A stretch of 64,000 nt of DNA from Polyangiaceae bacterium (GTDB lineage: Bacteria > Myxococcota_A > Polyangia > Polyangiales > Polyangiaceae). The notes beneath the pieces are model-generated. The model was not told where the DNA came from and made no database searches. It saw nothing but the letters and a program-made list of their open reading frames with translations. The position numbers and the translations under genes are program-made. Shown in pieces: positions 39,423 through 48,031 of the stretch; position 1 is the stretch's first letter; each line of letters begins with the position of its first letter. The stretch is taken from NCBI GenBank assembly GCA_044376115.1, contig JBILLK010000033.1, forward strand, positions 48,320 to 112,319, in the 5' to 3' direction.

Positions 39423-40634
39423 CTAGAGCTCACTTTCCGGAAAGGCTAAGACGTGGTCGAGCGAAGGTTGCTCAAGTGCGAGCATCAGCAGCCGATCAAA
39501 CCCGAGCGCGTTCCCGGCGGAGGGAGGCATGCCCTCCTCGAGCGCCGCGAGGAAACGATGGTCGAGCGGATAGACAGGTCGTTTGGCAGCCGTGCGCTGC
39601 GCTTGATCGTTCTCGAAGCGGCGACGTTGTTCAGCTGGGTCGGTGAGTTCGTCAAAGCCGTTGCATAGCTCAACTCCGCGCACATAAAGCTCGAAGCGGT
39701 TTGCATAGCGCGGGTCCTCCTTGTCGAGCGCTGCAAGCGAGGCCATCGGCCTGGGGTAACGGAGCAGAAACAGCGGCTGTTCCAAGGTTGCGAAGTGAGG
39801 CTCGATCTCAAAGGCCAGCTTGTGAAAGAAGTTGTCCTCGTCATGCTCCGCGAGCGCGAGCATCTCTGGCTCGTCAACGTTGCAAAAGCGTTTGAAGGCC
39901 TCCGTGACCGTCATACGCAAGAACGGTTTTGCGACGTGCGCGCGGATCGAGGCATCGGGCCGCGCGCTGGCATTCACGACTGCGCGCACGACGGCCTCCG
40001 TATCGGTCATCACTTCCTCCATCGAGCCGAACGCGCGATACCACTCCAGCATGCTGAACTCGGGGTTGTGACGCTGGCCAACCTCACCCTGACGGTAGGC
40101 CCGCCCGAGTTGGAAGCAACGTGGGATGCCCGCCACCAGCAAGCGCTTCATCTGATACTCGGGCGAGGTTGCAAGAAACCGCGGTTCGTCGGTGGTGTCA
40201 CCAACGCCAAAGGCGTCGAGGTGACTGTCGAGGCCGGGACAGGGGACAATCGTTGGCGTCTCGACCTCGATAAAGCCACGTGCGTGAAACAGCGATCGAA
40301 CCGTGCGCAGGGCGTGATTGCGCATCTGCAGCGCGTGGCCCATGCCCTGCGTAAAGCGTGCGACCTCGCGATTCGCGCGCCCGGGCGTGAGTGATACTAG
40401 CTCGGCGCGGCGTAGGGCGTTGCGTTCCCACGTGCCGCGACAACGTACAAGGGTCCCGTCCGCTAGCTCGGCGAGGGGAGCGTCCAGCTCCACCTCCAAC
40501 GAAGCCCACGCATCGCACAGCCAAAGCCGCTCGCTGTGTCGCCGAATCCGACCACCGACGAGCAGAGCCTCTCCGTCAGTGGCCTCCGCAACGTCGCTCG
40601 GTGAGAGCGTCGGCGTTTGTTCAGTTTGCCCCAC
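39423..40634 (-). CDS. epmA: EF-P lysine aminoacylase EpmA/GenX
   Basis: FIEVETP, FLATSPEYQMKRLL, YRQGE.G.RHNPEFSMLEWY, RFELY..GVELCNGFDELTDPAEQRRRF and GMPPSAGNALGFDRL. Start taken at GTG 40634, uncertain. Confidence 0.9.
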   Translation of the reverse strand: MGQTEQTPTLSPSDVAEATDGEALLVGGRIRRHSERLWLCDAWASLEVELDAPLAELADGTLVRCRGTWERNALRRAELVSLTPGRANREVARFTQGMGHALQMRNHALRTVRSLFHARGFIEVETPTIVPCPGLDSHLDAFGVGDTTDEPRFLATSPEYQMKRLLVAGIPRCFQLGRAYRQGEVGQRHNPEFSMLEWYRAFGSMEEVMTDTEAVVRAVVNASARPDASIRAHVAKPFLRMTVTEAFKRFCNVDEPEMLALAEHDEDNFFHKLAFEIEPHFATLEQPLFLLRYPRPMASLAALDKEDPRYANRFELYVRGVELCNGFDELTDPAEQRRRFENDQAQRTAAKRPVYPLDHRFLAALEEGMPPSAGNALGFDRLLMLALEQPSLDHVLAFPESEL

Positions 40635-41121
40635 CGGCTCCGCCGGCTGCGCCGCCCGTGCCGCTACCACCCGCGCTACTGCCGCCTGCTGCTGAGCCAC
40701 CGGCCCCTGAACCACCGGCCCCGCCAGCCGCCCCGCCGGTCCCATTGCCACCGGCGCTGTTGCCACCGGCGCTGTTGCCACCAGCGCTGTTGCCACCAGC
40801 GCTGTTGCCACCAGCGCTGTTGCCACCGGCGCTGTTGCCACCGGCGCTGTTGCCACCAGCGTCACTGCCTCCGACCCCGCCGGGCGTGCACTCCGGCGAC
40901 TCGCTCGAGCCGGTCTCCGGACAGCAAATGTCCGCATTCCCCTCAAGTTCGCGAGAGGTCTTGCATACGAGACCCTCCGCGCAATCGTCATTGCCGTTGC
41001 CGGCGTTGCAGCGGTCCCCTTCACCTTGGGCCGCACAAGCGCTCCCGACGAGGACGACCAAGGTCGCTAGGGAGAGAAGGCAACGGCGAGCGATGAACGA
41101 AGGGGCGGCCCAAAGCAACAT
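40621..41121 (-). CDS. Small Cys-motif lipoprotein with Gly-rich repeat tail
   Basis: Lipobox VGSAC; QGEGDRC....GNDDCAEGLVC...ICCP; (GGNSA)n tail. Confidence 0.7.
   Translation of the reverse strand: MLLWAAPSFIARRCLLSLATLVVLVGSACAAQGEGDRCNAGNGNDDCAEGLVCKTSRELEGNADICCPETGSSESPECTPGGVGGSDAGGNSAGGNSAGGNSAGGNSAGGNSAGGNSAGGNSAGGNGTGGAAGGAGGSGAGGSAAGGSSAGGSGTGGAAGGAGGAN
40745..40861. repeat. 15-bp tandem repeat, about 8 copies
   Basis: TTGCCACCRGCGCTG units, encoding GGNSA on the minus strand. Confidence 0.95.
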
Positions 41122-41216
41122 GGCCGACGTCGTTACACCAGCTTGCCGCTGGGAGGAACCTCTGCGGAAGATCGCACCGACGCGCGCACGCACGTGGTAA
41201 CTTGCGCCCGTGCCAA

Positions 41217-41387
41217 CTGACTCGTGCCAAGTCGACCATTCACTAGGGCCTTCGGCCGTTTTTTTCGAAGTGGGCACAAGTCATTCTGTCTGCTGCATCC
41301 ACCTTCGTTGGCCTGACTCGTTCCAAGTTCCGTTCTTGTTGAAGAGGGCCCGAGTCATTCTGTTCCCTGCATCAACCTTCGGTTGAA
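41217..41387. repeat. Two tandem composite palindromic repeat units
   Basis: Each unit is CTGACTCGTKCCAAGT...CRAGTCATTCTGT-n7-ATCMACCTTCGKTKG; the 3' 37 bp recurs at 7615-7651. Confidence 0.8.
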
Positions 41388-41442
41388 CGTGCCGACGAGC
41401 GCGTCAGGCAGCCCCCCGCCTTCACGTCGGTCGCGCCCGCAG

Positions 41443-42510
41443 ATGGATTCTCCGCACGCGACTGACCTTAGGGTGCTTGGCCTGACCTCAGCCTTCGAAG
41501 AGGCGTTCGCTTCCGCGCGTGCAGACTTCCCGAGCTACGACTGCTCGATTGCCAGGGTAACCAAGATTGAGCGCGGCTTTGCTGCGGTCACCGGTGTCGA
41601 AGCGGAAGGCCTTCTGCACGTGCCCAAGGCGCTATCAAAGCGTCCGGAGAGCACCCCAGCCACTGGGGATTGGGTGGTAGTGTCATTCGCGCGGGAGGTG
41701 GTGCTTTCGGTGCTACCGCGACGCTCGAAGTTCGTTCGCCGGGCAGCTGGGCAACGACGTGAACCGCAGGTCGTCGCCGCCAACGTTGACCACCTATTCG
41801 TGGTGATGGGCCTTGATAAGGACTTCAGTCTGCGGCGTATGGAGCGCTACCTCGTCTTGGCAGCGGAGAGTCAGGCTTCCCCTGTAGTTTTTCTGACCAA
41901 GGCAGGCGTTGCCGAGGACGTCGAGGCGAAGCTGAAGTCCGCTCAGTCGATGGCTCAAGCTGTCCCCGTTCATGCCATCGATGTGTTGGCTGATCTTGGG
42001 ATTGACGCGCCGTGGCGCTATCTGAGCGTTGGCTCCACGGCAGCACTCGTTGGCTCTTCGGGGGCAGGGAAGTCGACGCTGGCCAATCACCTCCTCGGCG
42101 CTGACGTGCAGCTTACGGGGTTGGTTCGCGCTCACGATGATCGGGGCAAACACACCACGAGTCGTCGTGAATTATTTGTGCTGGGGCGTGGCGGCATCGT
42201 GATCGATACGCCTGGCTTGCGCGAGCTATCGATGTGGGCAGACGCGGATTCGTTCGCCAATGCGTTCGATGACGTGACCTCGCTTGCTCTCGGTTGTCGA
42301 TTCTCCAACTGCGCGCACAACGAGGAGCCAGGCTGCCGGGTTCGTGAGGCCATCGCTGCGGGTCAGTTGCAAGAAGAGCGTCTCGCGTCGTTTCGTCAGT
42401 TGGAGGGCGAGCTGCGCGCAGGGGGACGCACGTCCACTCGTCCCGATCGTCATTCCTCCCGGACTAAGCGGGAGGACGTTTCTTCTCGACGGCCTCTGCG
42501 AAAAGGCTGA
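41443..42510 (+). CDS. rsgA: Ribosome small subunit-dependent GTPase A
   Basis: TGDWV, QVVAANVD, GSSGAGKSTLAN, GKHTTSRREL, IDTPG and the Zn motif CRFSNCAHNEEPGC. Confidence 0.95.
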   Translation: MDSPHATDLRVLGLTSAFEEAFASARADFPSYDCSIARVTKIERGFAAVTGVEAEGLLHVPKALSKRPESTPATGDWVVVSFAREVVLSVLPRRSKFVRRAAGQRREPQVVAANVDHLFVVMGLDKDFSLRRMERYLVLAAESQASPVVFLTKAGVAEDVEAKLKSAQSMAQAVPVHAIDVLADLGIDAPWRYLSVGSTAALVGSSGAGKSTLANHLLGADVQLTGLVRAHDDRGKHTTSRRELFVLGRGGIVIDTPGLRELSMWADADSFANAFDDVTSLALGCRFSNCAHNEEPGCRVREAIAAGQLQEERLASFRQLEGELRAGGRTSTRPDRHSSRTKREDVSSRRPLRKG

Positions 42511-43186
42511 GGTAGCCGACCGCGCTGGTGATCGAGAAGAACAGGCTGGCGTACACCATCAGCCGCCCGACGTTCACTAGATCGATCTCGCCGAAGTCGT
42601 AAAAAACGCCGTGCACTTTGTACGGGTAGCCGAGCACCAGGCAGATGATGCCGATCATCTGCAATGCCGTTTTCGCTTTGCCGCCTTTCTCCGCGGAGAT
42701 CACGAGCCCCTCGCTGGAGGCGATGCTGCGCAACGCCGTGATGGTGATCTCGCGACTGATCAAGAGCGCCACAGCCCACGCAGGGATGCGGCCCATCGAG
42801 ACGAGCCAAACCAAAGTCGCAGTTACGATCAGCTTGTCCGCGAGCGGGTCGAGGAACTTTCCAAGAATGCTGACCGTCCCCATACGACGCGCCAACCAAC
42901 CGTCTAGCGCGTCGGTGATCGCTGCCAGGCTGTAGACGATCGAGGCCCAGAAGCAGTCCCGCGGGGTGCCGCGCGAAAGGAGCCAAAGCACGACGGGGAT
43001 CATCACGACCCGAAGAGCGGTCAGGAAGTTAGGGAGGTTGCGAGCGTCCTCCCATAGCGTCTTGCGTTCATGCCGTTTCTTTTCGCGCAGCGCCTTGCGG
43101 GCCGCACGTTTCTCCGCGCGTCGCTTCAGGCGCGCTTCGCGCGGATCGGGCTCACCAGAAACCTTCGTCGGCTCAACGTCCGTCAA
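42464..43186 (-). CDS. pgsA: CDP-diacylglycerol--glycerol-3-phosphate 3-phosphatidyltransferase
   Basis: NLPNFLTALRV, TDALDGWLARR....S.LGKFLDPLADK, ISRE and GKAKTALQM. Start uncertain (43186 or 43204). Confidence 0.93.
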   Translation of the reverse strand: MTDVEPTKVSGEPDPREARLKRRAEKRAARKALREKKRHERKTLWEDARNLPNFLTALRVVMIPVVLWLLSRGTPRDCFWASIVYSLAAITDALDGWLARRMGTVSILGKFLDPLADKLIVTATLVWLVSMGRIPAWAVALLISREITITALRSIASSEGLVISAEKGGKAKTALQMIGIICLVLGYPYKVHGVFYDFGEIDLVNVGRLMVYASLFFSITSAVGYLSLFAEAVEKKRPPA

Positions 43187-44723
43187 CGAGAACCATCCCT
43201 TCACCCGAAAGCGCCACGAGCCCGCGGGTCTTCACCGGAGACTCGCTCGGCAGTACAGCTCGCGGAACGATCTTTCCTGTCCAACCCAAGACCGAGTGGA
43301 TGCGGACCGAGACGGTGCGCTCCTCACTTAGTTCAAAGGAGACGGTCTGGATGGGCAAGGCGAGCGTCACCGTGCCCGTCCCGCGCAGCTGCACCATCGA
43401 AACAAAATCACCGTCACCGCCGGGCAGTCGCGCATTTTCGTAAACTACCGCTCCATCCAGCGCGATCAGCGCGGCCTCACGAATGCAAAGCGGATCCCCC
43501 GAAAGCTTTACCGGGACCAGACGAGTTCCGGCCGGCGCACCTAAAACAAACTGGCCGGCTCCTTCCACCAACATCAACGGCGAGGCAACGCTCCCGAGGG
43601 GCTCCTCGCCATCGCGACCGCGCAGCTTCTTCGGTAGCGGCTTCGTCGTAACCCCACGCGCGAACGACATCGCGCGCACCGAATCAAAGCGTACTGCGAG
43701 TTCACCTGTGCCTTGGATCAGAACGCAGCCGCTCGTATGCAGGGACGTCGAGTGGTCCCGCGGGAAGACCAACAGCTGTTCCCGTGCGAACTCAGACGCC
43801 GGTTGGGGCGGCGATGAGCTTCGTTGCTCCTCGAGCGGTCGCGAGCGCGCACTTCCGGCGCCTTGCGGCAGGGCCGTTGAGGTCTCAATCGGAGGGCGGC
43901 TATCGACCAAAGCTCCGGCTCGTCGCGACTCGCGTAGCGGCGGAACTTCTGGCTCAGCGCCTTCCGCCGAATCGGCGCGCGTCGTCGAAACATCGAGTCT
44001 CGCGGCCTGGATGAGCGCGCTGTCGTCCTCGTGCGGAGCCAGCGATGGGCGCAGCTCCCCAGGCACGGCGCGACCAGGTTCAGTCGCTGCCCAGGTGCCA
44101 CTGACCCGAGCGCTCGACAGTGATCCGATCTCTGTCCGAAATGGCTGAGCGCGTTCGAGCTCGACGAAGGCTTCCCCTCCAACTCGGCTTAGGGTCTCCC
44201 TCTCTCCATCCGACAGCTGACGACTCGAGGTCGCTTGAGGTTGCGGCGATGGCAAGAGTCGGCGCGCCATCTGATGGTGTCCGCCCGCCTGAAACGCGGC
44301 GACCGCCCGTTCGACGTCGCCCATCCGTTGGAACGAGAGGCCAAGGTAGCCCCAGGCGCGGCTGTGGCTAGGGTCGGTTCGGATCACCTGCTCGAGCTCG
44401 GTGCGGGCCCGAGCTGGTTGCCCCGTCTTGAGGTAACACAGCGCCAGGTTGATGCGTGGCGTGGTTGCGTCGGGGTGCTGGGCGATCAGCCCCTCGAAGA
44501 TCGAGATGGCTCGCGGGTACAGCCCCAGTCGGAAGTACACGATCGCCAACAAATCCTGGCCTTTGGCATCACGGGGCTGGAGGCTGAGCGCCTGTTCGAG
44601 CTCCTGTTTGGCCTCGTGCACGCGATCGTCTTGAAGCAGCTCGCTCCCTCGGTAGAGATGGAACAGGAAGTCCTCGGCCGAGCCGTCGCGCGTCGACTCC
44701 GGGCTGTTCTCGTCTTCGAGCAT
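43173..44723 (-). CDS. TPR protein with low-complexity linker and C-terminal beta-rich (AIM24-like) domain
   Basis: N-terminal TPRs (LLAIVYFRLG, RINLALCYLK, AWGYLGLSF); C-terminal repeats VEGAGQFVL, QLRGTGTVTL and LSGEGMVLV. Confidence 0.7.
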   Translation of the reverse strand: MLEDENSPESTRDGSAEDFLFHLYRGSELLQDDRVHEAKQELEQALSLQPRDAKGQDLLAIVYFRLGLYPRAISIFEGLIAQHPDATTPRINLALCYLKTGQPARARTELEQVIRTDPSHSRAWGYLGLSFQRMGDVERAVAAFQAGGHHQMARRLLPSPQPQATSSRQLSDGERETLSRVGGEAFVELERAQPFRTEIGSLSSARVSGTWAATEPGRAVPGELRPSLAPHEDDSALIQAARLDVSTTRADSAEGAEPEVPPLRESRRAGALVDSRPPIETSTALPQGAGSARSRPLEEQRSSSPPQPASEFAREQLLVFPRDHSTSLHTSGCVLIQGTGELAVRFDSVRAMSFARGVTTKPLPKKLRGRDGEEPLGSVASPLMLVEGAGQFVLGAPAGTRLVPVKLSGDPLCIREAALIALDGAVVYENARLPGGDGDFVSMVQLRGTGTVTLALPIQTVSFELSEERTVSVRIHSVLGWTGKIVPRAVLPSESPVKTRGLVALSGEGMVLVDGR

Positions 44724-44807
44724 GGGCGGCGTAGGTTACACCGCACCTGGTCACGACGTCCCAACTTCCCGCGTGCGTAGAGCTGGATGGAGGTAGCATC
44801 GCCGCCG

Positions 44808-45539
44808 ATGCGCGTTCGGTGCCTTTTCTTTGCTGCCATCACGGCTCTTCTGTGCGGTTGCGGCGTCGGAATTCCCGACGCTCCCTCGGACACGTTGCGC
44901 TCCTATGCAAAAGCACTCGAAGAGAAGCGGGTTGAAGACGCCTACTCATTGCTGTCCGACGAGGCAAAACGCAGCCTGTCGCTGGATTCCTTTCGGCGCA
45001 TGGTGCTTGAGAATCCAACCGAGGTGATGGAAGTCGCCAATGCTCTGGCTCGCCCGAGCGGAAAGCCGGTCATTCGATCCACCGTGGCTCTGCCTAACGG
45101 CGATGAATTGGTGCTGGTGCTCGAAGGGAACAGCTGGCGAGTCGACGCTGCGGCCGTCGATCTCTACAGCCAAGCCACGCCGCGGCAGGCTCTCGTCGGC
45201 TTCCTCCGCGCGATTGAGCGACGCCGCTACGATGTGGTGCTCCGCTTCGTACCAGAGCGGGAGCGTGAGGGAGTGCCCACGGTGAGTGTGCCCGCCAGCG
45301 CTGGGGAGGCTTTGCCAGCGGTAGACTCAGGTGGCGGCGCGTTGACGGCAGAACGCTTGCGGGAAGAGTTCGAGGGGCCACAAAAGGACGACGCGCTTCG
45401 CCAGCTCGAGGCCATCCGCACGGCCTTGCCCTCGGCAGCGATCGAGGAAACAGGCGATGAGGCCGCTATGTCCTACGGTGTTGGTGGTTCGGTTTCCTTC
45501 ATCCGCGAGCGCGGACTTTGGAAAATTCGCGAATTCTAG
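44808..45539 (+). CDS. Hypothetical lipoprotein with internally duplicated domain
   Basis: Lipobox LCGC; two halves (PSDTLRSYAKALE...LVLEGNSWRV and PRQALVGFLRAIE...FIRERGLWKI). Confidence 0.7.
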   Translation: MRVRCLFFAAITALLCGCGVGIPDAPSDTLRSYAKALEEKRVEDAYSLLSDEAKRSLSLDSFRRMVLENPTEVMEVANALARPSGKPVIRSTVALPNGDELVLVLEGNSWRVDAAAVDLYSQATPRQALVGFLRAIERRRYDVVLRFVPEREREGVPTVSVPASAGEALPAVDSGGGALTAERLREEFEGPQKDDALRQLEAIRTALPSAAIEETGDEAAMSYGVGGSVSFIRERGLWKIREF

Positions 45540-45613
45540 CGCTCGCAGCGTGATTGTACGGACGCTGCGAGAGCGCTAGCGGCAAACCACCGGCTGTACT
45601 ACCTTCCGTCGTC

Positions 45614-48031
45614 ATGGCATCGGGCACCGCACCGCCGTCGGCGTCGGCCGAATCAGAGGGAGTACCCATTCTCCCGCTCCGAAACTCGGTTCTCTTTCCG
45701 ATGTCGGTGGTTCCAATCAACGTTGGACGTCCACGCAGCGTCAGACTGGTAGAGGATCTTCTTGGCAAGGAGCGCGCAGTCGTTGGCGTGATCAGCCAGC
45801 AGTCCGCCGACGTGGATGAGCCAACCTTTGGCGACCTCTACACGGTCGGTACGCTCGCGCGTGTGGTGAAGGTTATTCGGCTTGGACAACACAACTACTC
45901 GGTTGTGCTCAACGGGCTCGGGCGCTTTCGTCTGACGAACCCTGGCCAGTTGGAGCCTTACATGCGCGGCAAGTTCGAGCGCATTCCTGAGTCGCTCTCT
46001 CGTGACGCGGAGCTCGATGCGCTAGGCGCGACTTTGCGCGAGGCGACTCGAGAGGTGATCGGGCTCATGCCCAACTTGCCCAAGGACACAGCGGGCATCC
46101 TCGACAACGTACGCGAATCGGGCGCTCTCGCTGACCTGATCGCTTCCAACTTTCCCCAGGCTCAAGCTTCTATCCAAGAGAAGCAGGAGATCCTGGAGGC
46201 CTTCGACGTGAAAGGCCGCGTCCGCCTAGTGCTCGCCATGGTGAACCGCCAGCTCGAGCTCCTTCGAGTCAAGAAGGAGATCAGCCACATGGTGCAGGAG
46301 GAGATGGGCAAGAGTCAGCGCGAGTACATCCTCCGTCAGCAGATGAAGACCATTCGCGAGGAGCTTGGAGAGTCCTCCGACGACGATGAGGTGGAGGAGC
46401 TGCGCGAGCGCATCCGCTTGGCCAACGTCCCGCCGGAAGTCGAAAAGACGGCGAAAAAGCAGCTCTCCCGGCTCCGCTCGATGTCGCAGCAGTCGGCCGA
46501 GTTTCAAGTTACTCGCAGCTACCTCGAGTGGATCGCGGATCTGCCCTGGGCAAAGTCAACCACTGACAAAATCGATGTACGTGAAGTTCGGAAATGCTTG
46601 GACGAGGACCATCTTGGCCTTGAGAAGGTCAAGAAGCGCATCGTCGAATACACCGCTGTTCGCCAACTACGTGCTGACAAGAAGGGGCCGATCCTTCTCT
46701 TCGTGGGCCCGCCTGGCGTCGGTAAGACTTCGCTCGGTAAGTCGATCGCGCGCGCCATGGGTCGTCGCTACGAACGCATCGCCCTCGGCGGCGTTCGTGA
46801 TGAGGCGGAGATTCGCGGCCACCGTCGGACCTACGTTGGGGCGTTGCCCGGACGGATCATTCAAGCTCTCAAGAAAGCCGGAACCAAGAACCCCGTTCTC
46901 GTGCTCGATGAAGTTGAGAAGATGGGCGCCGACGTGCGCGGGGACCCGACGTCAGCTCTGCTTGAGGTGTTGGACCCCGAGCAAAACGGGACCTTCCAAG
47001 ACCACTATCTGGACCTTCCGTTTGACCTCTCGCAAGTAACCTTTCTCGCGACCGCCAATGATCGTGACGCGATTCCCGGCCCGCTGCTCGACCGCATGGA
47101 GGTGATCGAGGTGCCGGGCTACACGCGTGCGGAGAAGCTCGGCATCGCGACCCAGTTCCTGATCCCGAAGCAGCTCCGAGCTCACGGCCTCACCGAGGAC
47201 CGCTTGGAGTTCCTGCCCGACGCGATCGCCACGATCCTCGACAGCTACACGCGCGAGGCCGGCGTTCGTAGCCTCGAGCGCGAGGTTGCGTCGATGTGCC
47301 GAGCGGTTGCCGTGCGGCTGGCGGAGGGAGAAGACGTTCACATCAAAGCCGACCGCGACTTCGTCGAGAAAACGCTCGGGCCAACCAAGTATCGGCCGGA
47401 GGTCGCGGAGCGTCGCTTGGAGCCGGGGGTTGCTACGGGGTTGTCTACCTCCGCCGGCGGCGGTGACATTCTCTTCATCGAGGCCAGCAAGATGCGTGGC
47501 CGTGGCCAGTTAACCATCACCGGCAACCTGCGTAGCGTGATGCAAGAGTCGGCTACCACCGCTGTTTCCTATGTGCGTAGCAAAGCAGTCGAGCTTTCCC
47601 TCGACCCGGAGTGGCTGCGGGAGATCGACCTTCACGTTCATGTGCCCAAAGCCGGAACTCCGAAGGATGGTCCCAGCGCGGGCATCACGATCTTCCTTGC
47701 AGTGCTCTCCTTGCTGCTCGACTGTCCGGTGCGCAACGACGTCGCGATGACCGGAGAGATCAGCTTGCGCGGCCGAGTCCTTCCAGTTGGTGGGATCAAG
47801 CAGAAGCTGTTTGGCGCCCATCGAGCGGGGATGCGTGAGGTGTTGATTCCCGCGCGCAACAAGCGTGATCTCGACGACGTTCCGCCGGAGATTCTCGCTG
47901 CCCTCAAAGTGACGTTGGTCTCGACGGTTGAAGAGGTGATCCGCGCCGCGCTATTGCCTCCGCGTCCACCCGCCTCCGATGCTGATGAAGCGCAAGAGGA
48001 CGCAGCGAGCGTCGTCACCGCAAGCGGATGA
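45614..48031 (+). CDS. lon: ATP-dependent Lon protease
   Basis: LPLRNSVLFP (N domain), GPPGVGKTS, RGHRRTYVGA.PG, catalytic PKDGPSAG and GGIKQK. Confidence 0.97.
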   Translation: MASGTAPPSASAESEGVPILPLRNSVLFPMSVVPINVGRPRSVRLVEDLLGKERAVVGVISQQSADVDEPTFGDLYTVGTLARVVKVIRLGQHNYSVVLNGLGRFRLTNPGQLEPYMRGKFERIPESLSRDAELDALGATLREATREVIGLMPNLPKDTAGILDNVRESGALADLIASNFPQAQASIQEKQEILEAFDVKGRVRLVLAMVNRQLELLRVKKEISHMVQEEMGKSQREYILRQQMKTIREELGESSDDDEVEELRERIRLANVPPEVEKTAKKQLSRLRSMSQQSAEFQVTRSYLEWIADLPWAKSTTDKIDVREVRKCLDEDHLGLEKVKKRIVEYTAVRQLRADKKGPILLFVGPPGVGKTSLGKSIARAMGRRYERIALGGVRDEAEIRGHRRTYVGALPGRIIQALKKAGTKNPVLVLDEVEKMGADVRGDPTSALLEVLDPEQNGTFQDHYLDLPFDLSQVTFLATANDRDAIPGPLLDRMEVIEVPGYTRAEKLGIATQFLIPKQLRAHGLTEDRLEFLPDAIATILDSYTREAGVRSLEREVASMCRAVAVRLAEGEDVHIKADRDFVEKTLGPTKYRPEVAERRLEPGVATGLSTSAGGGDILFIEASKMRGRGQLTITGNLRSVMQESATTAVSYVRSKAVELSLDPEWLREIDLHVHVPKAGTPKDGPSAGITIFLAVLSLLLDCPVRNDVAMTGEISLRGRVLPVGGIKQKLFGAHRAGMREVLIPARNKRDLDDVPPEILAALKVTLVSTVEEVIRAALLPPRPPASDADEAQEDAASVVTASG

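Noticed and set aside
39423..40634. Calling this gene lysS
   Set aside because: TSPEYQMKRLL and LEWYR are EpmA-type motifs, and the protein is shorter than LysRS-II.
40635..41036. (ATAPV)n extension of EpmA and the Pro/Leu-repeat plus-strand ORF 40391-41200
   Set aside because: These are shadow frames of the 15-bp repeat; the GGNSA frame has a lipobox and Cys motif and is the plausible gene.
41217..41387. CRISPR array
   Set aside because: Only two adjacent, divergent units, part of the spacer region is also repeated, and no cas genes are present.
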